The translations under genes and the position numbers were made by a program. From Eledone cirrhosa (lineage: Eukaryota), in assembly GCA_964016885.1 (NCBI GenBank), contig OZ024757.1:33108001-33172000 (forward strand): a stretch of 64,000 nucleotides of DNA, given 5' to 3'. Below, in pieces: positions 41,715 through 55,507 of this stretch (its first letter is position 1; each line of letters starts with the position of its first letter). Under the pieces are notes generated by a model. It was not told the origin of the DNA, made no database searches, and saw only the letters and a program-made list of their open reading frames with translations.

Positions 41715-42086
41715 CTCTTTTCAAGTTATTTCAAGCGTTAAAGTAATATATTTCCTCATTGAATTGTGTCGTTCGCTTTATTTGTTTACTTATAACACAC
41801 ACACACACAGATAGATAGATATATTAACGTTGATATCTTTTCAACGCTTTCTAAAAGTCCTAGTGATCAGCTACGTATACACGGTGTTTGTTCAATATAA
41901 TAAATATATAATGCGCGTAACAGGTCAATACACAATACATATTTTTTATATGTAAACGAAACTTCCTCGTTATTTTCTATTATATATATATATATATTAA
42001 ACACTCTGCTTAGTACAACCCCAAAGTATAAGCCGGAAACTGCGCATCGAGTGCTCACTTTGGCGAACCAACAATTACAATCCCTA

Positions 42087-42147
<61 letters not shown>

Positions 42148-42150
<3 letters not shown>

Positions 42151-42709
42151 TGGCTGCCAACTCGTTTTCGAGTACGGCCACTACTTTATATCCATGTAGG
42201 AGAACGCCTACCGATGCGCTAAACAAGTGTGACTTTTTAGTCCAGCCAGCGACTTGAAAACTCTGGTACAAACACTACACTTGTGACAATTATTGACACA
42301 TAGTGCTGGACCCATGGTACCATGTGATGACAAGTGCAGAGAGATCTCCAGATATAAAGCAATGCCTGTGCCGTGAAGCTTTTATAGTGAACAAAGGCCC
42401 TGCACAAAGCCAGTCCCACTCTCTTAACCAAGATGATATTTACCAAAAATAAGAACAAGTCAACATCATTGGATACCATCAGAGTTGCAGGTGTTATATC
42501 AGAGTTTTCCTTCTCCTAGAATTCTGCCTTGACAGAGGCTAAGGGGTCATCTCTCCCGGTGATTTTGGATGGCCATTGACTCTTAAGAGTTCCTTTGCCC
42601 TTTGACAGGTTTTGATTTTAGTCCTGCAGGATGTCCAAAGTCACCCTCCTCACCAACAAACCTTGGTGGGGTTGCCAGTTTAGTCGCCAACGACCCGACC
42701 ATGAGACAT
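42148..42709 (-). mobile_element. Probable RTE-type LINE 5'UTR fragment
   Basis: The - strand has GGCGACTAAACTGG...AAGGCAG...CTAGGAGAAGGAAAACTCTGA, motifs recalled from RTE 5'UTRs. Bounded by TA tracts. Confidence 0.5.
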
Positions 42710-42989
42710 ATATATATATATATATATATATACATACACACTCACACATACATATGCACACACACAGTCTTATTCAGTATATAAATTGCATACCGATAGA
42801 TATACCGATGAAAAATGTTTGTCAAATAGATACGACTATAGATAAAAAAAATAAATAAACACTAGATTGTTATGAATGGATCAGAATTGATAATCAGCAT
42901 AACTGATGTGAAAGGGGAGACAACACGAATGCTTTACCTTAGATAAGACAATTATCTCCCTTTATTATCGAGTCTTCAATCATATGACT

Positions 42990-43385
42990 AATAATTGTTT
43001 CTACTTTAGGCACAAGGACAGCAATTACTCAGTGCATTACTGGTACTTTATTTTATCGACCCCGTAAGGATGAAAGGCAAAGTCAACCTGCGCGGGATTT
43101 GAACTCAGATCGTAAAGGGACGTAACTGTGCTGGAAAGCATGGCGTCCGACCCTCTACCGATACTGCCAATCCACTGACTAATAATAATTGTTTCTACTT
43201 TAGGCACAAGGCCAGCAATTACCTAGTACATTACTTTTGGCACAAGGCCAGCAATTACCCAGTGTATTACTGGTACTTTATTTTATCGACCCCGTAAGGA
43301 TGAAAGGCAAAGTTAACCTCGGCGGGATTTGAACTCAGAATGGCAAGGGCCGTAACTCTATGCGTCAAAGCATGGCGTCCGACCA
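42990..43385 (-). mobile_element. Two tandem Meta-like SINEs
   Basis: Reverse complements of the 1471/23087 family. Confidence 0.8.
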
Positions 43386-43433
43386 ATGAAATTATTGTGT
43401 AAAGTGCTCAGGTGCACTATTAATGACCCTGTA

Positions 43434-43749
43434 TAAAGGCGTTTGTCTTTGCGGTTAGGGGTATTCGGCTCACAATTCGTGAGTTCGATTCCCGGCGGCA
43501 CATTGTGTCCTTGAGCAAGACATTTTATTTCATGTTGCTTCTGTCAACTTCGCTATCAAAAATGAGGTACCTGTAATTCGCAGAGCCAGCCTTGTCACGT
43601 TCTCTGTCACGCTGAATCTCCCTGAGAACTACATTATGGGTACGCGTGTCTGAGGTATGCTCAGCCATCTGCACATTAATTTCACGAGCAGGCTGTTCGG
43701 TTGATCGGATCAACTGGAACAATCGTCGTCGTAACCGACGGAGTGCCCG
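43434..43749 (+). mobile_element. tRNA-derived SINE with CORE-like block and 14-bp TSD
   Basis: B-box GAGTTCGATTCC and GTGTCCTTGAGCAAGACA, flanked by TTAATGACCCTGTA / TTAATGATCCTGTA. Confidence 0.8.
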
Positions 43750-44517
43750 TTAATGATCCTGTAGACTCAATAAATAACCGTCCATTCACACTAGATCATG
43801 CTCGCTTCATTTTTTTTTTTTTTTTTCATTTCGAGGAGCACTTTACCCGATTCATTCAACTATTATTTATAGTCATCAGCTATTATAATAATTATCGGCA
43901 TCGTGGCGACTATATTTTCAAATTTCAAATTTTCGAATGCTTCGTAGGTTAGTCAAATGTTTTTCCCACACACATATATACACACACACACCTATATTCA
44001 TATGTATGCAAACACACACATATATAAGCCCACACACACGCACATACACACATACGCGCGCGCACACACACACACATGCACATTTACATAGATTTTGCTC
44101 AAAGTCAAAATGCAGGTAATTATTATATATTTTTTTTATAGATGAATTTTAATTAATGTAATTAAGTTAATTTAAAATTGGGCAAAATTTCCTGTGCCAT
44201 GCTAATCTCATCTAAGTACCAATCAATTAATGAGTTTTGGTTGAAAATTAAGCCTTAAAATTTAATTAGTTTAATTAAAATAAATAATTGCTCCATCCCC
44301 ACCACTACTACCATCACATAATATATAAGATGGCAATAATTATTTCTATCACTAGCACAAGGTTGTGGGGAAGGGGAAAAATCGATTATATTGATGACAG
44401 TACTTAATTAGTGCTTTACTTTATCAAGCCTGGCAAGATGAAAGGCAAAGTTGACTTGGGCAGGATTTGAACTCAGATCATAAAGAACCATAACTATATT
44501 ACTACAAAACATTTTAT

Positions 44518-44740
44518 AGAACAAACTACCTGCATCAGTTGTTAGCAGCCGAGACACTGCATCCTTTAAAACCTCCATGCTTCCTGAAATTCGCCAACAC
44601 TAGATCTAATATTCCCCCTCCATTCACACGCACACATGTATATCATGACTGACATTTGTACATTATTCTATTTACCTTTGACGAGTTGTAGTGCACCTGA
44701 GCACTGTACACAATAACTTCATTATTATTATTATTATTAT
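44518..44740 (+). mobile_element. CR1-type LINE 3' end fragment
   Basis: Matches 17768-18010. Confidence 0.75.
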
Positions 44741-45099
44741 TAAAGAAATCATTATTATTATTATTATTATTTTATTATTATTCAGCCACTATCTGATCTG
44801 GTCTAGTTTCTTCCCATCCTCATTACCGAGGGTCGTGGACCATGGAATGGACAATCTATATGTCCATAATTATCACCAGGAAAAAAAAAGTGATGTTGTT
44901 GGATCCCAAATCCTTGTCCAATCATTACTTAGAAACATCTGCCATATACATCATCATCATCATCATTGTTTAACATCTATTTTCCACCCTAACATGGGTT
45001 AGACGGGTTTGTCCCATTAGAGGCAAGTTGGGTTGGGTGACTGTATCTTGCTCATATATGACTGTTTCAAGCTAGATTTCTACTGCTGGATGCCCTTCC

Positions 45100-45347
45100 A
45101 TGCTTTTTGCCATGACACCTATACGACCACTTTACAGTGTGGGCTGGGTGTTTTTGCCATGACACCTATACGACCACTTTACAGTGTGGGCTGGGTGTTT
45201 TTGCCATGACACCTATACGACCACTTTACAGTGTGGGCTGGGTGTTTTTGCCATGACACCTATACGACCACTTTACAGTGTGGGCTGGGTGTTTTTGCCA
45301 TGACACCTATACGACCACTTTACAGTGTGGGCTGGGTGTTTTTGCCA
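45100..45347. repeat. 47-bp tandem repeat in an RTE-tail element
   Basis: TTTTTGCCATGACACCTATACGACCACTTTACAGTGTGGGCTGGGTG x5. Confidence 0.93.
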
Positions 45348-45444
45348 GAGTAGATTAAATTGACCCCAGTGTATAAAGGACATTTCGTGAAACTAAATAA
45401 CCTCACATCATAATATTGGTTTATATTTAGCAAAATAATAATGA

Positions 45445-45890
45445 AGGTTTCTGATTTAGGCACAAGGTCAACAATTTGGGGGAGAGGAAAATTGATTAAA
45501 TTGACCCTAGTGCGTTACTGGTACTTTATTTCATCGACCCCATAAGGATGAAAAGCAAAGCTAACCTTGGAGGGATTTGAACTCATAGCGTAAAGGGCCG
45601 TAACTCTGTGCTGCAAAGCATATTGTCTGACGCTCTACTGATTCTGCCAATCCACCTTCCTAATTATCCCAATAAATAATAATATATGACCGGATTAATA
45701 ATTGTTTCTACTTTTGGCACAAGGCCAGTAATTACCCAGTGCATTACTGGTACTTTATTTTATTGAACCCATAAAGATGAAAGGCAAAGCTAACCTCAGA
45801 GGTATTTGAACTCAGAGCGTAAAAGGTCGTAACTCTGTGCCACAAAGCATATTGTCTGATGCTCTACCAATACAGCCAATCCACTGCCCT
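45445..45890 (-). mobile_element. Two Meta-like SINEs
   Basis: Family consensus on the - strand. Confidence 0.75.
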
Positions 45891-46610
45891 TATTCTATAC
45901 TGGATTAATAATAACAATAATAAGAACAAGATCAATAAGAAGAAGAAGAAAAAAGAAAAAAATGATTTCTCCTATGATGATTGGAGTAGTTTTGAAAAGT
46001 TGGTGGATCGGTGTGAGTGAGGTGATGGTGGTGGTGGTGGTGGCAGCAGGGGACAATGGTTACTGCTGAAATAAAAGAGGAGGTTTTATTCCTCCAGAGG
46101 TGTGCAGAGAGGGTGGTGTGTGGTGGGGCAGAGGATGCAACGGCCATGGGCATCCATATCAGGGCAGTTGGTGAGTGCATCTAACCATGGAGCCACACAG
46201 GATTCTCCATCTAATACATCTACTGAGTGCAGTGCAGTGCCCACTTTGATTTATCAAGTGCCCATCCAAAATCAGCACCCAGTTTTCCATTCAAATCAAA
46301 AAGCTGAAAAATCTATCAACTTGAAATCCAATGCTTATTCTCAGAAAAACATAGGAAATGATAACCTATAAGCTTGTTTATCAGCCCTGTAGATATTAGC
46401 ATATCATTCGAGGTAACGTGTAGCATGATATGTTGTTCTTATGTTCATATTGCTTGCTTCATATTTCATTTGTTTTTACATATGTAAAATAACGAAGTGT
46501 TGTAGTTTGCTTGAAGCATTGTGGAATATTCTTTTACTCTGTATAACTCCTATTACCTTGGCACTTTTAATCTTGCACGCATAGTCGAGCTTCCATATAT
46601 TTAAACTTAT

Positions 46611-46837
46611 TTAACCCTTTAGCATTTAAACCAACCATATCTGGCCAGAATTCTCTCACCTCCTCCTGTTCAAACCAGCTGTAATCAGTCACTCATACTG
46701 ATGTTAAGGTATTGTTCTTAACAAATAATATCAAAATCTCATAGATTTGATATTATGTGAGATAACTATATGAGATAAAGCCTTTACCATGAAAATATAA
46801 TAGTATATATAGAGTAATGTAAATGCTAAAGGGATAA
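46611..46837 (+). mobile_element. piggyBac-type MITE (further copies at 47590-47818, 49552-49764, partial 54900-55037)
   Basis: TTAACCCTTT...GCTAAAGGG termini and a shared internal sequence. Confidence 0.8.
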
Positions 46838-46958
46838 ATTTGTAAAATGTCTTTCTCTGTCAGTACCAGGTCTTAAAAATGAGTTGGGTCCCCAGGTATC
46901 ACCAAACCTCTGCACGTCATTGCTTCCACCACACACCTTCCTCAGTTAGAATACTTAC

Positions 46959-47159
46959 ATTTGTGAGAATGAGACTATGTTCTTCTTCAGATTTACGTTT
47001 CCGCAACTCAACCAGCAGCTCCCGAAGCTCCTCCTTGAGTTGTTCGATTTTGCGAATCAGTCGCATGTCCTTTTCAGAGATCTTGCGCCCACTGCGTGCT
47101 TCGAGGCGCATTTTCAACTCAAACAGCTCCTGCTGCACCACAGCCATCTTCATCTGGAT
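46959..47159 (-). CDS. WS/DGAT-like gene coding exon 3, coiled coil (67 codons; reads to a stop at 46917 if unspliced)
   Basis: ctttgcag|IQMKMAVVQQELFELKMRLE...IEQLKEELRELLVELRKRK...LTN|gtaagt, phase 0-0. Confidence 0.85.
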
Positions 47160-49079
47160 CTGCAAAGCGACATGGAGGAAGCGTATAAAAACTGCATGTT
47201 AGAGTGGTTATGGTGAAGATGAAATTGAGACGCACGTGTGACCACGATGATCGTGTTGTGGGTGTGTCAGTATGTAGCATGTAGTCAAGGCCGTATTATT
47301 TATAAGGCTAAAACCTAAGGATCCCGCAAGGACAAGGAGCTTATCAATTATTTTGATATATATATATTTTTTTTTGTTGTAGTGTGGTAAAAGATTGATT
47401 TCTTATATAGGAACAAGGCCAGCAAATTTTGTGGGGGAAGGGTAAAGTTGATTAAGTCAACTCCAGTATTTAACTGGTACTATATTTTGTAAACCCCGGA
47501 AGGATGAAAGGCGGAGTTGATCCCAGTGTAAGGAGGCAGAACAAATACCACAATGGCATTTTATCTGATGTTCTGCCAATCCACCATACTTAACCCTTTA
47601 ACATTTAAACCAGCCATATCTAGCCAGAATTCTCTCATCTCTTTCTGTTCAAACTGGCCTTAACCGGCTGCTAATACTTATATTAAGGTATTGTTCTCAA
47701 AATATATGATATCAAAATCTTGTAGATTTGATGTTATGTGAGATAATTATATGGGATAAAGTGTTTACCATGAAAATACAATAGTTGATATAGAGTAATG
47801 TAAATGCCAAAGGGTTAAGGCACATAACATTGATTGGTCCCTAATTTAGGCACAAGACCAGCAAATTCTGAGGGAACGGCAAAGTTGACTATCTTTGGTG
47901 TGGGGTAGGGTGGGGGAGAAATCAATTATATGAACCACCCCCAGTACTTGATTGGTTCTTTATTTTATCAACTCTGGAAAAGTAAAGGCAAAGCTGACCT
48001 CGGCGGGATTTGAACTGAGAATGTAAAGAACAAATACAACAATCTCATATTATCCAACCTTCTACCAATTCTGCCAATCCACCACCCTGATGTGTGATGA
48101 AAGATTAAAGTGGCAAAGGGGACCCAAAATACGTGAAAGCCTTGGAGCCCAGTTATGGGTTAATACGGCCCTGCATGCAACATGCAGCTAATGGCCGTGT
48201 AATGAGTGACTCTATGCCATATAAAATGTAACAAGTTGTGTAGTTAATGAGTGCATTGATATAAATATAAACATGTTAAAACAATCAATTTTGTGTCATG
48301 GAACCAGAGGCGGTTTGGTATTAAAAGGGTTAAGCTACCTACTGAAGAAAGAAAGAAAGAAAGAAAGGACGTGCAAAGAGAGAAAGAAAAAAAGAAAGAA
48401 GATAAGTAACAAACTAACAAACAAAATGGTTAAAAACAAAAGTAAGTTCTTTTGAAAATCTCCACAAATATTAATCTTATTAGAGGTTAACGAAGAATTA
48501 TTTTTGTTTTTTAGCTCCAGGGTAATCCAGATCTAGCAGAGCTATAATCAAAGGCCTTCTAGCCATGACTATCCTGTCTTATACAAGCATGAATGGTCCC
48601 ATAACTCTTGGGGTAATCGTAGAGGCACCATGTTGACATACAGCGTTTCTAGGGCATTTTTTTAAAACCTGGCAGAGTCCATTTCTCTCCAGGTCTGAAT
48701 ACAGCAGATTTCTTCCAGAGAAGGTTAGAAAGTGAGAGAATGGAAGTGAGAAAGAGATGTAGAGAAAAAATCGACCCTAGTACTAGACTGGTACTTTTTT
48801 ATCGACCCTGAATGGATGAAAGGCAAAGTTAACCTCAGCAGGATTTGAACTCAGAGAGCAGAGAAACGGAACGAATATCACAAAGCATTCTATCCGACAT
48901 TCCAACAACTCAGCCAATTCGTCACCATCCTGCCTTATATTCAGATAAAATATACCACATGGTACTGAGTTCCAAGTTATCCCTGATCAAGCAGATCTAT
49001 GTTCAAAGGCATTCTAGCCATGACCATCCAGTGTTCTCTTCTTCTTTGCCCAGTTATCCCTGAGAGAGTCAAAAGGGCA

Positions 49080-49545
49080 GAATCCTCAGAAACAGCTTCC
49101 AGTGGGGCCCTATAAGAAGCAACCATCTCCGAATGATTTTAGCTGGATCTTCAAGCGAGACCAACCGAGCTTATGGATATAATCCAACCATTTTGCTCAA
49201 GGTTTCTTGCTAGTTGGCTTTGCTCATAAAATCTGTCCAGTGATTCTTTGTTTAGAAATTCTAAATGTGTCCATAGTACTAGAACTCTTGATGTAGAGAA
49301 GTAGCAACTCTACCTGTAACAACTCCCTGATCTTTCAGCTATGCACCCTATTCAACAACATTACTCTAAAGACACTTTGGCAGAACCCCATTTTGGCCTC
49401 TTGTGTTTACAATTGTATTTTGTTGGTCATTACACAAGATTTATGACCATAGGTAAGGATTGATACAAACACCGAATTAACGATAGCGAGTTTGGCTTTT
49501 ACACCTGCCTCCCTTCTTCTGATGACTGAATGTTGAAGCTAGCAA
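49080..49545 (-). mobile_element. Decayed RTE-type LINE 3' fragment
   Basis: KAKLAIVNSVFVSILTYGH...EAKMGF...IRELLQVE with stops. Confidence 0.6.
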
Positions 49546-50069
49546 AAAGTATTAACCCTTTAGCATTTAAACTGGCCGTATCTGGCCAGAATTCCCCCAC
49601 CTATTTCTGTTCAAACCAGCCGTAACTAGCCACTCATACTGATGTTAAGGTAGTGTCCTCAAAATAATTAATATCAAAACCTTGTGAGATAATTATGCGA
49701 GATGAAACCTTTACTGTGAAAATATAATAGCAAATATAGAGTTATGTAAATGCTAAAGGGTAAAACAGGGAAAAGAGTATAAGGCAAGGGTAGCAGTAGT
49801 AGTAAAGAGGATAAATATCTGTAATGGGGACACATAGGGGTGTTAAGTGTATTAGATAACAGTCATATTTATGAGAGATTTATAGGGTTAACTGTAATGG
49901 TGTGGGGACAAATGTAATAGTATATAAATCAGAGCTATGTGTATTAAAGAAGTCTGAGAGGGGTTAAACAGGGGTAATGGCAACAAACAGGGATAACATT
50001 TGTGGCAACTTTCATAAGAAGTCATATGATGAGTATACAACTCAACAGAAAGTGTATAGGAAGATATAC

Positions 50070-50193
<124 letters not shown>

Positions 50194-50339
50194 TGTTTCT
50201 ACTTTTGGCACAAGGCCAGCAATTACCCCAGTGCATTACTGGTACCTTATTTTATTGAACCCGTAAGGATGAAAGGCAAAGTTAACCTCGGCGGGATTTG
50301 AACTCAGAATGGCAAGGGCTGTAACTAAATAATAATAAT

Positions 50340-50835
50340 AATGTCCAGTTTCTTGTGGAGAACATTTTTGCATTGAATTATGACATCCCATAGGGGTTTG
50401 TATTTGTCATTATGTTGTCATATTATTATTATTATTAATAACGACAACAACAACATAATGACAAATACAAACTCCTATGGGATGTCATAATTCAATGCAA
50501 ATATGATGTTCTCCACGGGAAACTGGACATTGTGCTAATAAAACAAGGAAGGAAGAGAGAACCTGTATAATTATAGGTATTGCATGTCCTGAAGACAACA
50601 GAGTGGTTGAGAAAGAAGAAGAAAAGTTGGAACACTATGACAACATAAAACAAGAATTAAACACGTTGTTGTAAACAATGAAGAAAATGGAAGTTATTCC
50701 CATTGTTTCTGGTATTCTGGGCAGTATAAAAACTGAATTTCCTAAGTGGATAGAGAAAATTGGAATCAATTTGAGGATTAGATGCCTACAAAAAACAGCA
50801 CTCCTTGTGACTGGATATTCCACAAAGTCCTTGAA
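50340..50835 (+). mobile_element. R4/Dong-type LINE REL-endonuclease fragment with an inverted 5' duplication
   Basis: NDKYKLLWD...KLDIVLI...IIGIACPED..EKEEEKLEHY...VIPIVSGILG...LQKTALL. 50340-50417 is the inverse of 50451-50531. Confidence 0.8.
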
Positions 50836-51067
50836 TCACAAATATAGCAAGATATTGTTTTCTGTCTTCAACGAATCCATGAAATTTAAAACAGAAGCCG
50901 AACTGATAGAAAATTATAAAGAAAATGAAAAACAATTACAATAGAAACAACAACATCAAAAAAACAACACTGCACATACCCAAGGCACACAGAGCTGTGC
51001 TTGGTAATGCAGTGACACAACGCAATGATGATGATGATGATGATGACGATGATGATGATAATAATAT

Positions 51068-52045
51068 TAATTGTTTCTACTTTAGGCAGAAGGCCAGCAA
51101 TTTGGGGAGAGGGGAAAGTCAATTAAATCGACCCCAGTGTATTACTGGTGCTTTATTTTATTTTATTTTATTGCCCCCGTAAAGATGTAAGACAAAGCTA
51201 ACCTCAGTGGGATTTAAACTCAGAACGTAAAGGGCCGTAACTCTATGCAACCAAGTACGGTGACCAACGCTCTACCAATACTACCAATACGGATTGCCGT
51301 CACCCCTTATCATTAATATTAACTATAATAATAATTGTTTCTACTTTTGGCACAAAGCCAGCAATTACCCCAGTGCATTACTGGTACTTTATTTTATTGA
51401 CCAGTAAGGACGAAAGGTAAAATTAACCTCGGTGGAATTTGAACTCAGACCATAAAGGGCTATAACTCTATGCTGCAAAGCATGGTATTCGATCCTCTAC
51501 CGATTCTGCTTTTCTACTTTTGGCACAAGGCCAGCAATAATTATAATAATTTCTACTATAGGCACAAGAACAGCAATTTTGAGAGAGGGGGAGGTCGATT
51601 AAATTGACCCCCAGTGCATTACTGGTGCTTTATTTTATCAACCCCGTAAGGATGAAAGGCAAAGCTAACCTCAACAGGATTTGAATTAAGAACGTAAAGG
51701 GCCGTAACTCTCTGCTGCGAAGCATGGTGTCCGACGCTCTACCGATACTGCCAATCCCCCGCTCTCATGATGATAATGATAATTGTTACTGATTTAGACA
51801 CAAAGCCAACAATTTTTGGGTAAAGGGAAAGTCGATTACATTGACCCAGTGCATAACTGGTACTTTATTTTATCGCCCTCTTATTATTATTAACTATAAT
51901 AATAATGATAATTTTTTTTTCTACTTTTGACACCAAGCCAGCAATAATAATAACTGTTTCTACTTTTGGCACAAGGCCAGCAATTACCCCAGTGCATTAC
52001 TGCTACTTTATTTTATCGACCCCCGTAAGGATGAAAGGCAAAGTT
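51068..52045 (-). mobile_element. Cluster of ~5 Meta-like SINEs or fragments
   Basis: Repeated TTTCTACTTTTGGCACAAGGCCAGC...AAGGCAAAG blocks. Confidence 0.8.
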
Positions 52046-52097
52046 AAAATGATAAAAATAAATGCAACTGAGGTAAGGTTGGAATTGAAACTGTTAC

Positions 52098-52211
52098 CTG
52101 TTGAACTGACATATCTTCTGATGACTCACAAATGTGCATGTTGTCTAACTTTTGACACAGTTGTTCACCTGGTACACGTCGATGGGCAACAAGGTTGGAC
52201 AGTTGCCTTAG
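52098..52211 (-). CDS. WS/DGAT-like gene coding exon 2 (38 codons)
   Basis: gttttccag|LRQLSNLVAHRRVPGEQ...DMSVQQ|gtaaca, phase 0-0. Confidence 0.88.
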
Positions 52212-52952
52212 CTGGAAAACAGAGAGAAAGAGGGGGAGAGAGAGAGAGAGAGGGAGGGAAAAGGTTAACATCAACAACAACAACACAGCCATCATCACCA
52301 CCAAAACAGCCACCACCACCAGCATTACCACCACTATCACCACCAACAACATCTTTGGTTATCCAAAGATATGGTTTCAACTCCTATGTATGTCAATACT
52401 CATCCTTTTCCATTTTTAGAGGGTTTTTAAATCCCACTATCAGGATAAAATTTCTTTAGTCAAAAATACAGTGACAGCTTCTATTTCTAACAAATTTCAA
52501 ACTTTGCTTACTGTTTCAAAACAAACTTGCTTTGACATTATACATGCTATGATTACATAGCACCTAATTTGAATGGAAGGGGATGGGTGATGTGTTGGTG
52601 TAATGGTAGTACAGTGGTCTGGATAACCAAAGATGTGGGTTTAACTCCCATGTATGTCAATACTCATCCTTTTCTATTTTTAGAGGGTTTTTAAACCCTA
52701 CTATCAGGCTAAAATTTCTTTAGTAAAAAATATGGCAAAACCATATATATATATTAATATATTGAATATTTACTCCACTAATCTGTTGAGTGCTTTATAT
52801 CAGTTATAAAAATGTTTAAGCTTGTTGAATCCCAACAAATTAAATATAACCTCTGCATATATATATATCTTAAAGCACTGAAAAATGTATTTTTAGCAAT
52901 CAACTAATGAGATGTGACTGACTGTATTTCGTCCATTTTCCTGTATTCGCTG

Positions 52953-52985
<33 letters not shown>

Positions 52986-53089
52986 CACGCACACACGCAT
53001 ATATAATATATATATAGACATCGTCATCCTTTTTATGTCTATTTTTCTATGTGGCTGATATATCTTTTCAAGAACATCTTCCCTCCATG

Positions 53090-53515
53090 CATTTTGTTTC
53101 TTTGTCATCTCTTCTATGAAGTCTAGTATTATGAGATCTACTCTTATCAGTTCAGCCCAGGTCTTCCTTGGTCTTCCTCCACTGCAGCTTCAATCCACTT
53201 GGAACTCTTTACGCTTCTTCACCCAATGATCATCATCCGTATGCATCACATATCCATACCAGTGTAGTTTTCTCTCTTGCACACTACATTTAATTCCAAT
53301 TATATTCAGTTTCGCTCTCAGCTCATCCATGCTTTGCTGTCCATGCACATTAACATCACACATCCACGCAACACTGCACATCTTATACATGTGTCATAGA
53401 ACCGACCTTTTGTTTATAGAGAGAAAACTTGTGTTGTCAATAGAAGCAGTAGCTCTCTGAACTTTTTCCATCCTCTTCTTATTCTATCTATTCTACTTTC
53501 AGAACAACTTTCACA
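53090..53515 (-). mobile_element. Older RTE 3' fragment
   Basis: RIRRGWKKFRELL...VQERKLHWYGYVM...GRPRKTW. Confidence 0.75.
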
Positions 53516-53628
53516 AACACACATGTACACACATATCAGGACATGCACATACACATGTTCATACATACCTACATACATACATGCATACATATACAAATAC
53601 ATAAACACCCCCACATGGCACACACACA

Positions 53629-53675
<47 letters not shown>

Positions 53676-53756
53676 CGAAGGAAGTGTGGTAAGGAACCAG
53701 ATGGACCATAACGCACCAGAGTACTCAACACTTAGAGTAGTAGAGTGGGTAATAGG

Positions 53757-53825
53757 AAAATGTTTAACCCAGAGTCCAGAAATAGCCGTCGAAACGGCTT
53801 GAGCTCTGCTGTCGGGGTTAAACAT

Positions 53826-53828
<3 letters not shown>
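53757..53828 (+). ncRNA. Type I hammerhead relic with the CUGA turn deleted
   Basis: 14-bp stem I AAAATGTTTAACCC/GGGTTAAACATTTT, GAAA-CGGC..GCTG-TC cleavage arm, core reduced to AGA. Confidence 0.5.
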
Positions 53829-53880
<52 letters not shown>

Positions 53881-54518
53881 TCCATATGAACACTTCAATA
53901 TACATGCATTTAAACATACATATATATGCATACATATATACACACACATATATATATGTGTGTATACATACACATATATGGAATGCTGCAGAAGAAGAGT
54001 GCAGCTGCAAATGCACTCCACTGATGCCCACCTCGCTCAAGATTGGTTCTATTGTTTTCTTTTATATCAACACAATGGTTAGCTGAATAGATGAGAGGGT
54101 GGTGGTGTAGAGGTGTTAGTGGTGTAGTGGTGTTAGTGGTGGTGTAGTAGTGTAGATGAGAGGGTGGTGGTTGTGTTGGTGGGGGTGTAATGGTATAGAT
54201 GAGAGGGTGGTGGTGGTGCAGTGGTGTTGATCAAGGTGTAGTGAATTTGGTGTTGGTGGTGTGGTGGTGGTGGTGGTGGTGGTGATAATGGTGTTGTTAT
54301 TTTATGCTGGTGGTGGTGGTGGTGGTGTTATTGTTAGAATCAGTGATGGTTGTTGGTGTTCAGCCCTAGGGCTAAACAGTAACAACCACCACCACCACCA
54401 CCACCACCACTACCACCACCACCACCATCTACTCCTCCTCCTCCTAACATAACATTTGTAGTTCAACCCAGAGAGAATGAATACCAGACATAACAATTCA
54501 TACATTTACTCCGCCTAT

Positions 54519-54578
<60 letters not shown>

Positions 54579-55106
54579 CTTTCTCTGCCTTTCTCTATCT
54601 CTTTCTCTCTTTCTCTGCCTCTATCTCTCTCTCTCTCTCTCTATCTCTCCATAAATTCACTATCTGCTGTCTAGCACACTCTACACAGTACTTTGGGATT
54701 ATAGGAAGTTCATAAGTGGTCGCTAAAAATAGCAGCTAAATTTCCCTCAAATTATACATCACTCCCTTAATATGGGAATCTTAATATATATATATATGTA
54801 TATATACATATGAGGTGTGTCAGAAAAGTTCCAGGACTGATATTCACAAAAGATTTATTTCAAATCCAAACTTCACACTAAGAGTTTTCTCCTTCATAAC
54901 CGGCCATTAAGGTATTCTCAAAATGAATAACCTCAAAATCTCATAGATTCGATATTATGAGATAATTATGTGAGATAAAGCCTTTACCATGAAAATACAA
55001 TAGTAAATATAGAGTTATGTAAATGCTAAAGGGTTAATTTCTGAAGAACCTGATATTTGATGGTATATAAAACATACTTTTTAAAATTAAAAATGGTTTA
55101 AAATAT

Positions 55107-55440
55107 ATCTGAGTCTTATACATGAAGTTGAGCTATCTGGTAGGTTAACATCTATCATGACATCTGAGTCTTATACATGAAGTTGAGCTATCTGGTAGGC
55201 TAAAATCTATCGTGGCATCTGAGTCTTATACATGAAGTTGGGCTATCTGGTAGGTAAACATCTATCAAGACATCTGAGTCTTATACATGAAGTTGAGCTA
55301 TCTGGTAGGTTAACATCTATCAAGACATCTGAGTCTTATACATGAAATTGAGCTATCTGGTAGGTAAACATCTATCAAGACATCTGAGTCTTATACATGA
55401 AGTTGAGCTATCTGGTAGGCTAACATCTATCAAGTCATCT
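55107..55440. repeat. 55-bp tandem repeat just inside a WS/DGAT intron
   Basis: ATCTGAGTCTTATACATGAAGTTGAGCTATCTGGTAGG... recurs every 55 bp, 6 units. Confidence 0.95.
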
Positions 55441-55507
55441 TAATGTTTAAAAACCTGTATTAATTTCTGAACAAGCTGATAAAAGGCAAAAAATAAATGT
55501 CACTTAC

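Noticed and set aside
45932-46371. Unique GC-richer island as the next WS/DGAT exon or a + strand exon (ag at ~46097, gtgagt at 46171)
   Set aside because: Candidate frames stop quickly or give no recognisable protein. Cannot be supported without RNA data.
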